Source: Synergistales bacterium
Lineage (GTDB): Bacteria; Synergistota; Synergistia; Synergistales; JAFGMB01
Assembly (NCBI GenBank): GCA_963666205.1
Contig: OY762654.1
Span: forward strand, 96,001-160,000
Length of the DNA: 64,000 nucleotides
Direction: 5' to 3'
Shown: positions 9,668 through 19,028 of the stretch, one piece after another
Layout of the letters: every line of letters begins with the position of its first letter
Numbering within the stretch: the stretch's first letter is position 1
The notes under the pieces: model-generated
What the model was told of the DNA's origin: nothing
Databases searched by the model: none
The model's input: only the letters and a program-made list of their open reading frames with translations
Made by a program: the position numbers and the translations under genes

Positions 9668-10149
9668 CGATATCCCCTACTTTCTGAAAATAAAAGACAG
9701 GTTGCTATAACAGAGCCACATAAGCTTACCCGATGTTCAATGCCTTTGATCCGGATGTCTTGAAGTTGGAGTCTGAGTTCAGTAAATCTATCCTGTATTA
9801 TTGACGCTACAATGACAGTAACTTCCTGAACGCTAGCGAGATCTGAATGACCTACGATGACTCCATTTTCCATGGGATCATATGGAATACCTACTCCTAT
9901 TACAGACGATATAAGCTGGCCGGGATGCTCACTTGTAAAAACACAAGATACGCCTGATACTATGGATCCCTTCGACAATAAACCAGGACGAGATGTATAT
10001 TTGCACTCGGGAGGCAACTCTCTTTGAACTTCAATATTATTTATATTGTTCAAGCCGGCATCGCAAAAAGCGGAATTCTTGGAGAGAACTTCATCTGAAC
10101 CCTCTCCTCTACCTGTTAACAAAGTATATTTTTCTGGAATCTGGATCAT
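9658..10149 (-). CDS. Pyruvoyl-dependent arginine decarboxylase-like protein lacking the Ser-Ser cleavage site
   Basis: PdaD-like layout (P.KY.L..G.GEG, A..DAG..N.N...V...LPP, G.LIS..IG.GIP......GVI, EH.V..CG..IA) and coupling to speE; the expected VSS(I/V)LP reads VQRELP. Confidence 0.75.
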   Translation of the reverse strand: MIQIPEKYTLLTGRGEGSDEVLSKNSAFCDAGLNNINNIEVQRELPPECKYTSRPGLLSKGSIVSGVSCVFTSEHPGQLISSVIGVGIPYDPMENGVIVGHSDLASVQEVTVIVASIIQDRFTELRLQLQDIRIKGIEHRVSLCGSVIATCLLFSESRGYRWK

Positions 10150-10238
10150 CCTTGGAGTCCTCCCTTTGAAGCCTGTTAAAAAAAAACTTCAGAATAAACA
10201 GTAACTTCTTTCAGGAATCTTATTATCGGCATGAAAGA

Positions 10239-11294
10239 TCAGTGATCATTTTTATATTGTTGTAAAAGGAAGGAGATGGTATCTTTTATGTTATCAGAAC
10301 TACATTGTTCTATTATCTTTCCCTTTTCAAAAATAATAAACCCATGAGGAGTTCCTGCTATGCCTATGTCTGCATTCAGTGCTTCCCTGGGGCCATTGAC
10401 TTCACAGCCCATAACAGCAACTTTAAAACCATCCGGTAAATTATTGAACAATGGTTCCAGTTCATTTACTACCTTTTCCACATCTATTCGTTTTCGTCCA
10501 CAAGTAGGACAGGATATGATTTCCGGGCCCATATGCCTGAGACCGGTAGAACGAAGAATCTCGTAAGCAACGTCGACTTCCAGTTCGGGTTTTCCCGTAA
10601 GGCTAACTCTCATCGTATCGCCAATTCCCTGGGATAAAAGGATTGATAACCCAACTGCACTTTTGGTTATACCCCTGAAACCAGGTCCCGCTTCAGTTAT
10701 TCCAATATGGAAGGGAAATTCAGGGTACCTCTGGGAAAGAAGCACATTACTTTTCACAGTTTCCATAACATCGGTGGATTTTGCAGAAATAATGATTTCC
10801 TCAAAAGAATTATCTAGAAGAGATCTTATCTGCTCCTCGACTGCTATAAAAAGAGCTTTTCCAACATCCCCTTCTGCTTCCCTCAATTGGGATGTATTGA
10901 TAGAGCCGCTATTTGCTCCAATTCTTATGACTGTATGGTGATCCCGTGCGGAATCTATTACAGAACGGAGTCTAGAAACCGGACCCATATTCCCCGGGTT
11001 GATCCTTATAGCTTTGCATCCTGCTTCAATCGCTGCAAGTGCCAGTTTGTGATCAAAATGAATATCTGCCATTAAAGGTATAGGGGATCTTCTGACAATT
11101 TCTGAAAGATGGGTCTTAAGATCCATGGAGGGGAATGCGGCCCTGACAAGTTCACATTTTCTGCTACTAAGTTTATCAAGTTGATCCAGACACTGCTCTT
11201 TCATCGATATCGGGATCTTTAGCATGCTTTCTACCCTTACTGGTTGGTTTTTTCCTATTTTCAATCCTTGTATAGATACATTTCTGGTTAACAT
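10239..11294 (-). CDS. ispG: (E)-4-hydroxy-3-methylbut-2-enyl-diphosphate synthase
   Basis: ADIHFD, RINPGN, IRIGANSGS, HIGITEAG, GIGDT.RVSLT, SCPTCGR, VMGCEVNGP.EA. Confidence 0.97.
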   Translation of the reverse strand: MLTRNVSIQGLKIGKNQPVRVESMLKIPISMKEQCLDQLDKLSSRKCELVRAAFPSMDLKTHLSEIVRRSPIPLMADIHFDHKLALAAIEAGCKAIRINPGNMGPVSRLRSVIDSARDHHTVIRIGANSGSINTSQLREAEGDVGKALFIAVEEQIRSLLDNSFEEIIISAKSTDVMETVKSNVLLSQRYPEFPFHIGITEAGPGFRGITKSAVGLSILLSQGIGDTMRVSLTGKPELEVDVAYEILRSTGLRHMGPEIISCPTCGRKRIDVEKVVNELEPLFNNLPDGFKVAVMGCEVNGPREALNADIGIAGTPHGFIIFEKGKIIEQCSSDNIKDTISFLLQQYKNDH

Positions 11295-11321
11295 GTTGTT
11301 TCACACCTTTTCGTAAATTGA

Positions 11322-12356
11322 TCAATTAAATAATCTGATCAGGTCTTTCCAGGTAATGAATATTACCAAAGCTATTAAAAGGAAAAAACCCGCAAGGTGA
11401 ATATAGTTCTCTATATGGTCGGGCACTTTTTTCCTTGTTAACATTTCTAAAAAAACAAAAACAAGTCTTCCTCCATCAAGGCCAGGAAATGGGAAAAGAT
11501 TTATCATACCCAGGTTCAGGTTTATTACTGCAAGGAATGAAATAAAGGACCATAAACCAGCTTTGGCTGCTTCTCCTGCCATTGATGCGATACCGACCGG
11601 ACCAGTAATATCTACTTGAGACCTATTAGTAAGGAGCTGGAATATCCCTCTTACCCAGTCGCTACTCATTCTGAGAATATAATTAAAAGCACTGGCAAAT
11701 GCCTCGATCGGACCAAAAGTTCGAAAAACAGGCCTGATTCCCAGTAGAGGAACACCAAATTCCGGGTCATCTGGAATAACCAGTGTAAAGGTAAGGGTTG
11801 TTTCCCCTCTCTTTAATGCTATGGTAACAGGACCTTTCTCCGCATTTGTTCTTATAGATTGTGACATTTCCTGCCATGAATGGACACTCACTCCATTGAC
11901 CTTCTCTATCATGTCTCCTGGGGTAATGCCTATTTGCTGGGCTGGATACCCATCCATTAGTTCTCCTATTCGAGTACTCTCCAGGTCCAGGATCCCATGA
12001 CCCCAGAGTAAAAGACCAGTTAGAACAATAGCAAGAACAATGTTCGCAAGGGCCCCATCAAAAAGAATCAGGAATCTCTGGATAGCAGTTTTGTCATTAA
12101 AAGCTCCTCCCGGATGGACCTTTTCTCCCGGTTTTTCTTCATCCATTCCTGCCAGCCGCACAAATCCACCTATAGGAAAGATTCTAATTGACCAAAGAGT
12201 ACCATCTTGTCCAGGTCTTTGCCAAAGAACAGGACCCATTCCGAAGGCAAATTCATGAACCTGTACTCCAGCTAATCTAGCTGTTTTATAATGACCATAT
12301 TCGTGAGATATTACACATATAGCAATAACGAGAAGAAACGATAGTAAACTGATCAT
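11322..12356 (-). CDS. rseP: RIP metalloprotease RseP (M50 + PDZ); start adjusted to MISLL after AGAGG
   Basis: HEYGH, F.FGMGP, PIGGFVR.AG, GPVGI, NLFPFPGLDGG. Confidence 0.94.
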   Translation of the reverse strand: MISLLSFLLVIAICVISHEYGHYKTARLAGVQVHEFAFGMGPVLWQRPGQDGTLWSIRIFPIGGFVRLAGMDEEKPGEKVHPGGAFNDKTAIQRFLILFDGALANIVLAIVLTGLLLWGHGILDLESTRIGELMDGYPAQQIGITPGDMIEKVNGVSVHSWQEMSQSIRTNAEKGPVTIALKRGETTLTFTLVIPDDPEFGVPLLGIRPVFRTFGPIEAFASAFNYILRMSSDWVRGIFQLLTNRSQVDITGPVGIASMAGEAAKAGLWSFISFLAVINLNLGMINLFPFPGLDGGRLVFVFLEMLTRKKVPDHIENYIHLAGFFLLIALVIFITWKDLIRLFN

Positions 12357-12384
12357 TTGAATACCTCTTAATAAGATTAAAGTT

Positions 12385-13548
12385 CTATTTGCATACCAAT
12401 CTGGCCTTATTGCGAGCCCATTCAAGAATGGAAATACTTTCTTCAAGATTCGCTGGATCTTTTCCGGAGTAGGATTCCAGAACTTTCCGTATAACTGTTG
12501 CTATTTGCATAAAAGAAATCTCTCCTCTGATAAATGATTCTACTGCTATCTCATCTGCACCAACAAGAAGGGCTGGATATGGACCTCCAATTACAGCTAC
12601 TTCCATGGCTAAGCCGAGGCATGGGAACCTGACAAGATCTGGTTCTTCAAAGCGGAGATTCAGTGGGGCCAAGTTGAATTCAGGTAATGAGATGCGAGAC
12701 ATGTCAAGTCTTTCAGGAAAAGCCATTGCCGCAGCAGCCGGAAGAGTCATATCGGGATAGGAAGCCATCAGCTTTACTGTAAGATCTGTAAACTCTACCA
12801 TTCCATGTACAAGTGAACCTGGATGGACAACAGCTTTCACCTTAGAGTGATGAAGTTCAAAAAGATTCATCGCTTCGATTAACTCAATCCCTTTATTCAT
12901 AAGAGTTGCACTATCAATCGTAATCTTTTGTCCCATTTTCCATACGGGATGCTTCCCTGCCATTGCAGGTGTTACTAATTCAAGTTCTTTAAGGGACATA
13001 TCTTTGAATGGCCCGCCCGAAGCTGTCAGAAGTATTCTTTTTATGGTTTTTGTTTCTTCTCCCCGAAGACACTGCCATATGGCATTATGTTCGCTATCCA
13101 GTGGCCTGAGCTGATCCCGTCTTCTTACTAATGGCATCACCCAGGGTCCTGCCACTACAATACTTTCCTTATTAGCAAGAGAAATATTCTTGTCTGCCAT
13201 CAGTGCTTTTTGAAGGGCAGAAATAGCCTGTGTTCCGGATGATGCGAAAATAATGTGATCGGAAGCACTTTCTGTAGCAAGTTCGTCAAGAGATTCCAGA
13301 CCAGCCATAACCTCGCATCTATCCCCAATGCGGGACCGTAATTCTGAAGCTGCAGAATAATCAGTCATAAGAACTTTTTTGGGTCGAAACTCAGTAATAA
13401 TAGGTAGCATGGTTTCTATATTCTTGTGAGCGCACAGGGAATGGATGGAGAACTTATCCGGGAAGTGACGACAGACCTTTAATACGGAAGATCCAACACT
13501 TCCGGTAGCGCCTATAAGGCATAATCTGGTTATGGAGGGACTAGTCAA
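12385..13548 (-). CDS. dxr: 1-deoxy-D-xylulose 5-phosphate reductoisomerase
   Basis: GATGSVG, LANKES.V, DSEHNAIWQ, LTASGGPF, HP.WKMGQKITIDSATLMNKG.E.IEA. Confidence 0.97.
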   Translation of the reverse strand: MTSPSITRLCLIGATGSVGSSVLKVCRHFPDKFSIHSLCAHKNIETMLPIITEFRPKKVLMTDYSAASELRSRIGDRCEVMAGLESLDELATESASDHIIFASSGTQAISALQKALMADKNISLANKESIVVAGPWVMPLVRRRDQLRPLDSEHNAIWQCLRGEETKTIKRILLTASGGPFKDMSLKELELVTPAMAGKHPVWKMGQKITIDSATLMNKGIELIEAMNLFELHHSKVKAVVHPGSLVHGMVEFTDLTVKLMASYPDMTLPAAAAMAFPERLDMSRISLPEFNLAPLNLRFEEPDLVRFPCLGLAMEVAVIGGPYPALLVGADEIAVESFIRGEISFMQIATVIRKVLESYSGKDPANLEESISILEWARNKARLVCK

Positions 13549-14366
13549 TGTATAATCACTCCAAAAATAAGATAAGTCAACGTTCCACTTACCAGAATAC
13601 TATCGAAGCGATCCAGAAATCCCCCATGACCTGGTATGAGAGTTCCTGAATCTTTAACACCAGCTTCCCGTTTAAGGATAGATTCCCCAAGATCTCCCAT
13701 TTGTCCTGCGATACCACAAATCAATCCGATCAGAAGATAAGGAACGGGGGGTAAATTGTAAACATAGGGAATAAATAAAGAACCGAGCAAAGAACCAGCG
13801 AGTCCTCCCCAGAATCCTTCCCAGCTTTTTTTAGGGCTTACTTCCTCACAGAGTGCATTTTTCCCCCATCTCGAGCCAATAATATAAGCAAAAACATCAC
13901 ATGACCAGGTACACATGAAAAGTGCAAGGAGAATATACATGCCGTAGGGTTTTGTTCTCATAAGATACATAAATGTCCATGGCAGAATAACATACACTAT
14001 ACCGGAAATAGTCCCCCCAAGATTCCAGAGGGCACTGCTAGTTCCTGTAAGCTCCTTTCTTAATATCTCTATGAGTATAACGGCAAAGGCGCTTATAGTT
14101 AGAAGAGGAGTTGAATAAACTTCAAACAATCCGGATCTAGCCAGAATAAAAATTAGAAGGGTGCTTAGAATTCCAACACCCTTGGAAACATGGGTTCTTT
14201 GTGACAAAAGATCATAAAATTCCCAAAGTGACAAAATGGAAATGAGAAATACCGATCCCAGCCATGGTAGTCCTCCAACAATAATGCCAAGTACAATAAG
14301 TAATACAATAAAAATTCCGCTGAAAACGCGTCTGGCTGGTTCTTGTTTAAACTGTGAAAGATCCAT
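13545..14366 (-). CDS. cdsA: Phosphatidate cytidylyltransferase (start uncertain; ORF track 14387)
   Basis: D.FAY..G, SPKKSWEG..GG, GDL.ES.LKR.AGVKDSG.LIPGHGGFLDRFDS. Confidence 0.95.
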   Translation of the reverse strand: MDLSQFKQEPARRVFSGIFIVLLIVLGIIVGGLPWLGSVFLISILSLWEFYDLLSQRTHVSKGVGILSTLLIFILARSGLFEVYSTPLLTISAFAVILIEILRKELTGTSSALWNLGGTISGIVYVILPWTFMYLMRTKPYGMYILLALFMCTWSCDVFAYIIGSRWGKNALCEEVSPKKSWEGFWGGLAGSLLGSLFIPYVYNLPPVPYLLIGLICGIAGQMGDLGESILKREAGVKDSGTLIPGHGGFLDRFDSILVSGTLTYLIFGVIIH

Positions 14367-15054
14367 AACGTCTTTCCCTGCCCTCATAAGATTTAATTGC
14401 TTCGATCAAGTTATTCCTGTTAAAATCAGGCCATAGTATATCTGTGAAAAAGAATTCACTATAACTTGACTGCCAAAGCCAGAAATTACTCAGTCTGAGT
14501 TCTCCGCTTGTCCGAATTATCAGATCCGGATCAGGAACGTCAGGCAGATAAAGATTCTCTTCAAGTAAAGACTCTGTGATAGGCCCAATATGGCCGGAGT
14601 GTATTGTCTTATTTATAGCGTCAATAATTTCCTGTCTTCCACCATAATTCAAACAAAAGATGAGCTGGAGGCCTGTACATTCAGATGTTACATCTTCTGC
14701 AGAATCCATTAATGATAGCACCTCATCTGAAAGGTCGGACCTTCTGCCGGCAAATCTGATTCGAACATTCTCCAGTTTCAATTGTTGGGCTTTTTTGAGA
14801 AGATAGTATTTCAGAAGTCCCATAAGGCCTTTAATTTCTTCCTTTGGTCTTTTCCAGTTTTCTGTCGAAAAGGCATATAAGGATAGATAACGGATGCCAA
14901 TCTCATTTGCTGCCTTGACAATTCTTTCCACTGTCTCAACACCAGCTCTATGTCCTGCAACACGTGGTAAAAACCGTTTTTTGGCCCATCTGCCGTTGCC
15001 ATCCATTACGATAGCAATATGTTCTGGCATAACAACTGATTTTGTCTTAATCAT
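14347..15054 (-). CDS. uppS: Undecaprenyl diphosphate synthase
   Basis: PEHIAIVMDGNGRWA, YAFSTENWKRP..E, NYGGRQEI, PDLIIRTSGE.RLSNF.LWQ. Confidence 0.97.
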   Translation of the reverse strand: MIKTKSVVMPEHIAIVMDGNGRWAKKRFLPRVAGHRAGVETVERIVKAANEIGIRYLSLYAFSTENWKRPKEEIKGLMGLLKYYLLKKAQQLKLENVRIRFAGRRSDLSDEVLSLMDSAEDVTSECTGLQLIFCLNYGGRQEIIDAINKTIHSGHIGPITESLLEENLYLPDVPDPDLIIRTSGELRLSNFWLWQSSYSEFFFTDILWPDFNRNNLIEAIKSYEGRERRYGSFTV

Positions 15055-15065
15055 ATCAGATCACC

Positions 15066-15692
15066 TCAAACAGATGCACTCTGCTCTAGTCTTTCTTTAA
15101 CTTCTTTGATATCTTGCCATGTCAGATCTTTAGGACTTCCGGGTTTTCTGGATTGATTTCTCAGAAGATAACTTGGGTGGAACATGGGCATTAGATCAAT
15201 TCCTCTCCAGGAAAACCACTTTCCCCTGATCTTGGAAATGCCTTCTGTTGATTTTAGAAACCATTTCGTCGGTGTGCTTCCAAGGCAGACAATGATCCTT
15301 GGATTGATAATTGCTATCTGTGCTTCAAGGTAACTGCTGCACGCCATCATCTCTTCTATCATAGGGACCCTGTTGTTGGGTGGGCGACACTTGACTACGT
15401 TGGTTATAAACACCTGGTCTCTCGAGATACCAGCAGCTTCAAGAATTCTGGTTAAGAGCTGGCCTGCTCTTCCTATAAAAGGAATACCCTCTCTGTCTTC
15501 ATCAGCCCCTGGCCCTTCCCCCACGAACATAAGGTCCGCATTCCATGGACCTTCACCAAAAACTGTACAGTTCCTATCTTTGTGAAGAGGACAAAGAACG
15601 CACTTCTTCACCTGATCCTGAATTGTTTCCCAGCACTTCCTTTTCTCCTCCGCCATTTTATCCTGGCCAGGGTTATAGATTATGCGGTTCAT
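15066..15692 (-). CDS. Uracil-DNA glycosylase family 4 (Fe-S)
   Basis: C..C.L...R...VFGEG, GEGPG.DED..G.PF.G.AG.LL, TNVVKCRPP.NR.P, FHPSYLLRN. Confidence 0.93.
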   Translation of the reverse strand: MNRIIYNPGQDKMAEEKRKCWETIQDQVKKCVLCPLHKDRNCTVFGEGPWNADLMFVGEGPGADEDREGIPFIGRAGQLLTRILEAAGISRDQVFITNVVKCRPPNNRVPMIEEMMACSSYLEAQIAIINPRIIVCLGSTPTKWFLKSTEGISKIRGKWFSWRGIDLMPMFHPSYLLRNQSRKPGSPKDLTWQDIKEVKERLEQSASV

Positions 15693-16537
15693 TCAACGAA
15701 CACCTCTTTGATATTGACATCCACAGTTCTGACATCCATTCCGGTAAAATAACTTACTCCAGAAGCAGTTCTATTCTGTATTGACCTACTAAGTTCCAGA
15801 AGATTCTGTTTCCCCATATTAACATTGATATCTATAGATATGCTTAGCTGTTCGTCACTTGTCCGAATCCTTACTTCCATAACTTCCTTTACTTGTCTTG
15901 TTAATCTGATAATATATTCTACTATCTGGCTGATCGCAGCCATTTCAATGCAGAGATTTCCATAAAAACTGAATGGTGGTCTTACCACTGTTCTCTCGCC
16001 CTCATGCCTGTCCTTGGTTTTCCACAGTTCCCTAAGTCGGCCCACCAGCTTTCCCCCAAAGTTTTTCCTTATCTGAGCCTGGGAAACTGGAATAACATGA
16101 TGTCCTTTCTGTTGGCGTTCCAGTTTTGCCTGTCGGATTTCATCCTCAGTTGCTACATCTTCTATGTTTATAAACTCTGAAGGTTTTGGAAGTCTCAAAG
16201 TCTTTATGATCTTTTCAGCCATGGATTGAGATGTAGCGATTACCATCACCCTGCAGGGTGACTCATTAGCCAGGAATGCAATAACACTTTCTTTATGATC
16301 TGAAAACTGAAAAAGTGCTCTCCTTATGGCACTGATAAGGTTTTTTTCAGATTTGGCGCTTTTGCCTATCATAATCTTGCCACGAGAGACGACCAGCCCA
16401 TCATCTATAACATAATCCACTCTTCTTGTACGAGCAAGGAGCTGTGCTCTCCTGCTTTTTCCTGTGCCTGCAGGGCCAATAAAAGCAAGGACCTGAATCT
16501 GTTCAAGTTCCACTTTTGTTTTTTCAACTATGGCCAA
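15689..16537 (-). CDS. P-loop NTPase-like protein with C-terminal Asp23/Gls24-like domain
   Basis: GPAGTGKS.RA, IDDGL, G.SAK.E, G.HVIPV, E.TVVRP.FS..G.L.I; C-terminal FTGM.V..VDV.I..V Asp23-like ending. Confidence 0.75.
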   Translation of the reverse strand: MAIVEKTKVELEQIQVLAFIGPAGTGKSRRAQLLARTRRVDYVIDDGLVVSRGKIMIGKSAKSEKNLISAIRRALFQFSDHKESVIAFLANESPCRVMVIATSQSMAEKIIKTLRLPKPSEFINIEDVATEDEIRQAKLERQQKGHHVIPVSQAQIRKNFGGKLVGRLRELWKTKDRHEGERTVVRPPFSFYGNLCIEMAAISQIVEYIIRLTRQVKEVMEVRIRTSDEQLSISIDINVNMGKQNLLELSRSIQNRTASGVSYFTGMDVRTVDVNIKEVFVE

Positions 16538-17642
16538 GGTAGTTCAACACCTTTCTCAAAACAGAAAGAAACTTTTCATTCTCTTCTGGTAAACCGACAG
16601 AAATTATCAAATATCCAGGAATAGAGTGTTTTTCCCCATTTGTTACAAGAATGCCTTCTTTTGCTATGCATTCCCAGACTTTATCTGCTTGTACCAAATG
16701 GATCACAATATTGGGTGTGCAATTCTTTATTACCTGCAATCCCATTTCTTTAAGCCTATATTGCATCTTAGTCTTTTCTAACGAGATATTTTTCTTGATT
16801 TTTGTGATTCTTGCCTTCTCAGTCCATTGATTCAAGGCTTGTTGTAATGCATAGGCAGAAGGTAATGAAATATTTCCTATTTTATTATATTCCCTGGATA
16901 ATGGAGCGGGTAAGATCGAATAGGCCATACTTAAACCTGAAGTAGAGTACAATTCGTGAAAAGATCGTATTAATGCTATTTTCCCATAGTTCTTGAACAG
17001 TTCTGTTCCCAGGGAATCTGTATCAGGTAAGTCAAGAATATTTTCTGTTTCATCAACAAGCAGCAGGGTCCGGTATTTATCCATCCGTGAAAGGAGGGAT
17101 ACAATCTCCCTTTCGGGTACCTGTATGCCCGAAAGGAAAAGGGGGTTCTGGAGTATCATGACCTTGGTCTGGGAATTACATGCTGATAAGAGAAGATCTT
17201 CCCTGGGCATAAGGTCACTGTCTGAAGGAACGGGTGTAAAACTTCCGCCGTATAATCTGATAAGGTCCTTATATAGTGAAGGTGCAGGCGATGATAAAAC
17301 GACTTCATCATCATCTTCAATGAGGCAGAAGAGCAGGTTCCTCAGAAGGTCAGGCACGTTGTTTCCAATGATTACCTCAGATACCGAAACACCATTTACC
17401 CTTGCGATTTCAGTTTTAAGATATTTAAGACTTGTTCTCATATATTTTCGGTAGTCATTGTTCTCGGAAAACGGGACAGTTTCTTTTTGAAAATTCTTTT
17501 CAAGCACAAACCATCTGCTGGAATTATATCTGAGATCGAGAAAAGAATTGTTCAGATATAGACTATTGTCCTGTTCTGGTTTGAAAGGCTCATATTCTCT
17601 TATGGAGTGTCTGACAAGGTCCATAAGCCATGTCAAGATCAA
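16524..17642 (-). CDS. HisC/class I-II aminotransferase-fold protein with degenerate active site
   Basis: Overall HisC layout (LK..IA...GV....V..GN, P....Y, ..LQNP, LLVDE, RSF...Y...GL, G..EEN..FL) but no PLP lysine; TTG start overlaps the murA TGA. Confidence 0.75.
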   Translation of the reverse strand: MILTWLMDLVRHSIREYEPFKPEQDNSLYLNNSFLDLRYNSSRWFVLEKNFQKETVPFSENNDYRKYMRTSLKYLKTEIARVNGVSVSEVIIGNNVPDLLRNLLFCLIEDDDEVVLSSPAPSLYKDLIRLYGGSFTPVPSDSDLMPREDLLLSACNSQTKVMILQNPLFLSGIQVPEREIVSLLSRMDKYRTLLLVDETENILDLPDTDSLGTELFKNYGKIALIRSFHELYSTSGLSMAYSILPAPLSREYNKIGNISLPSAYALQQALNQWTEKARITKIKKNISLEKTKMQYRLKEMGLQVIKNCTPNIVIHLVQADKVWECIAKEGILVTNGEKHSIPGYLIISVGLPEENEKFLSVLRKVLNYLGHS

Positions 17643-18946
17643 TCACCCCCCTCTGGGGTAACTCCATTCACTTTAGATTCAATTTTATCAACGGGAAGAA
17701 TGGATACTTCCCCTCCCAGCTTACGTAGCTTTTCGTCAATATTTTCATATCCACGCCAGACATGGCCGAGATTAAAAATGTTTGTTTCGTCACATGCAGC
17801 AAGACCAGCAAGTATCAATGAAGCACCAGCTCTAAGGTCTGTAGCTACAACGTCTGCTCCAATAAGCTCCCTTACTCCCTTTATGATAGCTGTATGTCCC
17901 TGGACTTCAATTGATGAGCCCATCTTGTTCAATTCGCTTATATGACGGAATCTTGATTCGAATACACTTTCCTGGATAATGCTTGTTCCGTCGGCCAATG
18001 ACAGTGTAGCCATTATCTGAGGTTGAAGGTCCGTGGGAAAACCAGGAAAAGGCAGGGTTTTGAGAGAAACAGCCTTGATCTTGTCAACCGGATGAACGGT
18101 GACACTGTTTTCTGTTATAGATAGAGGGACTCCTGCTTCTTCGAGTTTTGCGATAAGTGCATCTACATGGTTGATATTCAGATCTGTGACCTGGACTTCT
18201 CCTCCTGTTATTACTCCAGCAAGCAGATAGGTACATGCTTCAATTCGATCTGGAATGATAGTTGCAGAAGCACTATCCAGTTCAGCAACTCCCTGAACAA
18301 GAATCTCACCTGTGGGACGTTCTTCGATCCTGGCACCCATAAGATTCAGAGTAGAGATAAGATTGGAGATCTCCGGTTCCCTCGCAACATTTTCCAGCAG
18401 CGTTTCTCCTTTTGCGAACACTGCTGCCATTAGAAGGTTTTCAGTTGCACCAACAGAGGGGAAATCAAGGTATATACGACAACCTTTCAGGCCTTTTGCG
18501 GATGCGTGAACAGCACCATGATCCAGTTCAATGGTAGCACCCATCCTGGAAAGTCCCTTGAGGTGAAGATCTATAGGCCTGCTTCCGATTGAACATCCCC
18601 CGGGTAGTGGCATAACAGCTTTTCCGCAACGGGCTACAAGGGGGCCAAGAACCAGTGAAGAAGCCCTCATTTTCCTTACCAGGTTGGCAGGAGTTTCCCA
18701 ACAAAGCTCAGAAGGAACCCTTAGGATCATTTCATGGCCGGTGTAGGATACATCCACTCCAAGAGTAGCAAGTAGATCTGCCATGGTTTTAATATCCCGG
18801 AGGTTAGGTACTCGACGGAGCTTAAGAGTCTTGTCTTTCAGAAGCAACGCTGAAGCCAGAATGGGAAGGGCAGCGTTCTTTGCTCCCTGGGTCGTTACTG
18901 TTCCCTTGAGTCTAATTCCACCTTTAATATTCATTTTAGAATTCAA
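17639..18946 (-). CDS. murA: UDP-N-acetylglucosamine 1-carboxyvinyltransferase (probable TTG start; ORF track 18955)
   Basis: GAKNAALP, MRAS..VLGPL, LPGGCSIGSRPIDLH, SVGATEN, PFPGFPTDLQ, DLRAGA, RGYE. Confidence 0.98.
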   Translation of the reverse strand: MNSKMNIKGGIRLKGTVTTQGAKNAALPILASALLLKDKTLKLRRVPNLRDIKTMADLLATLGVDVSYTGHEMILRVPSELCWETPANLVRKMRASSLVLGPLVARCGKAVMPLPGGCSIGSRPIDLHLKGLSRMGATIELDHGAVHASAKGLKGCRIYLDFPSVGATENLLMAAVFAKGETLLENVAREPEISNLISTLNLMGARIEERPTGEILVQGVAELDSASATIIPDRIEACTYLLAGVITGGEVQVTDLNINHVDALIAKLEEAGVPLSITENSVTVHPVDKIKAVSLKTLPFPGFPTDLQPQIMATLSLADGTSIIQESVFESRFRHISELNKMGSSIEVQGHTAIIKGVRELIGADVVATDLRAGASLILAGLAACDETNIFNLGHVWRGYENIDEKLRKLGGEVSILPVDKIESKVNGVTPEGGD

Positions 18947-19028
18947 AAAAATCACCTCAATGGCAGGGGTGAACTAATCACTTGCTTCGAAACTGCCAAA
19001 GTAAGTAAGTAGTCATATGAAATATACA

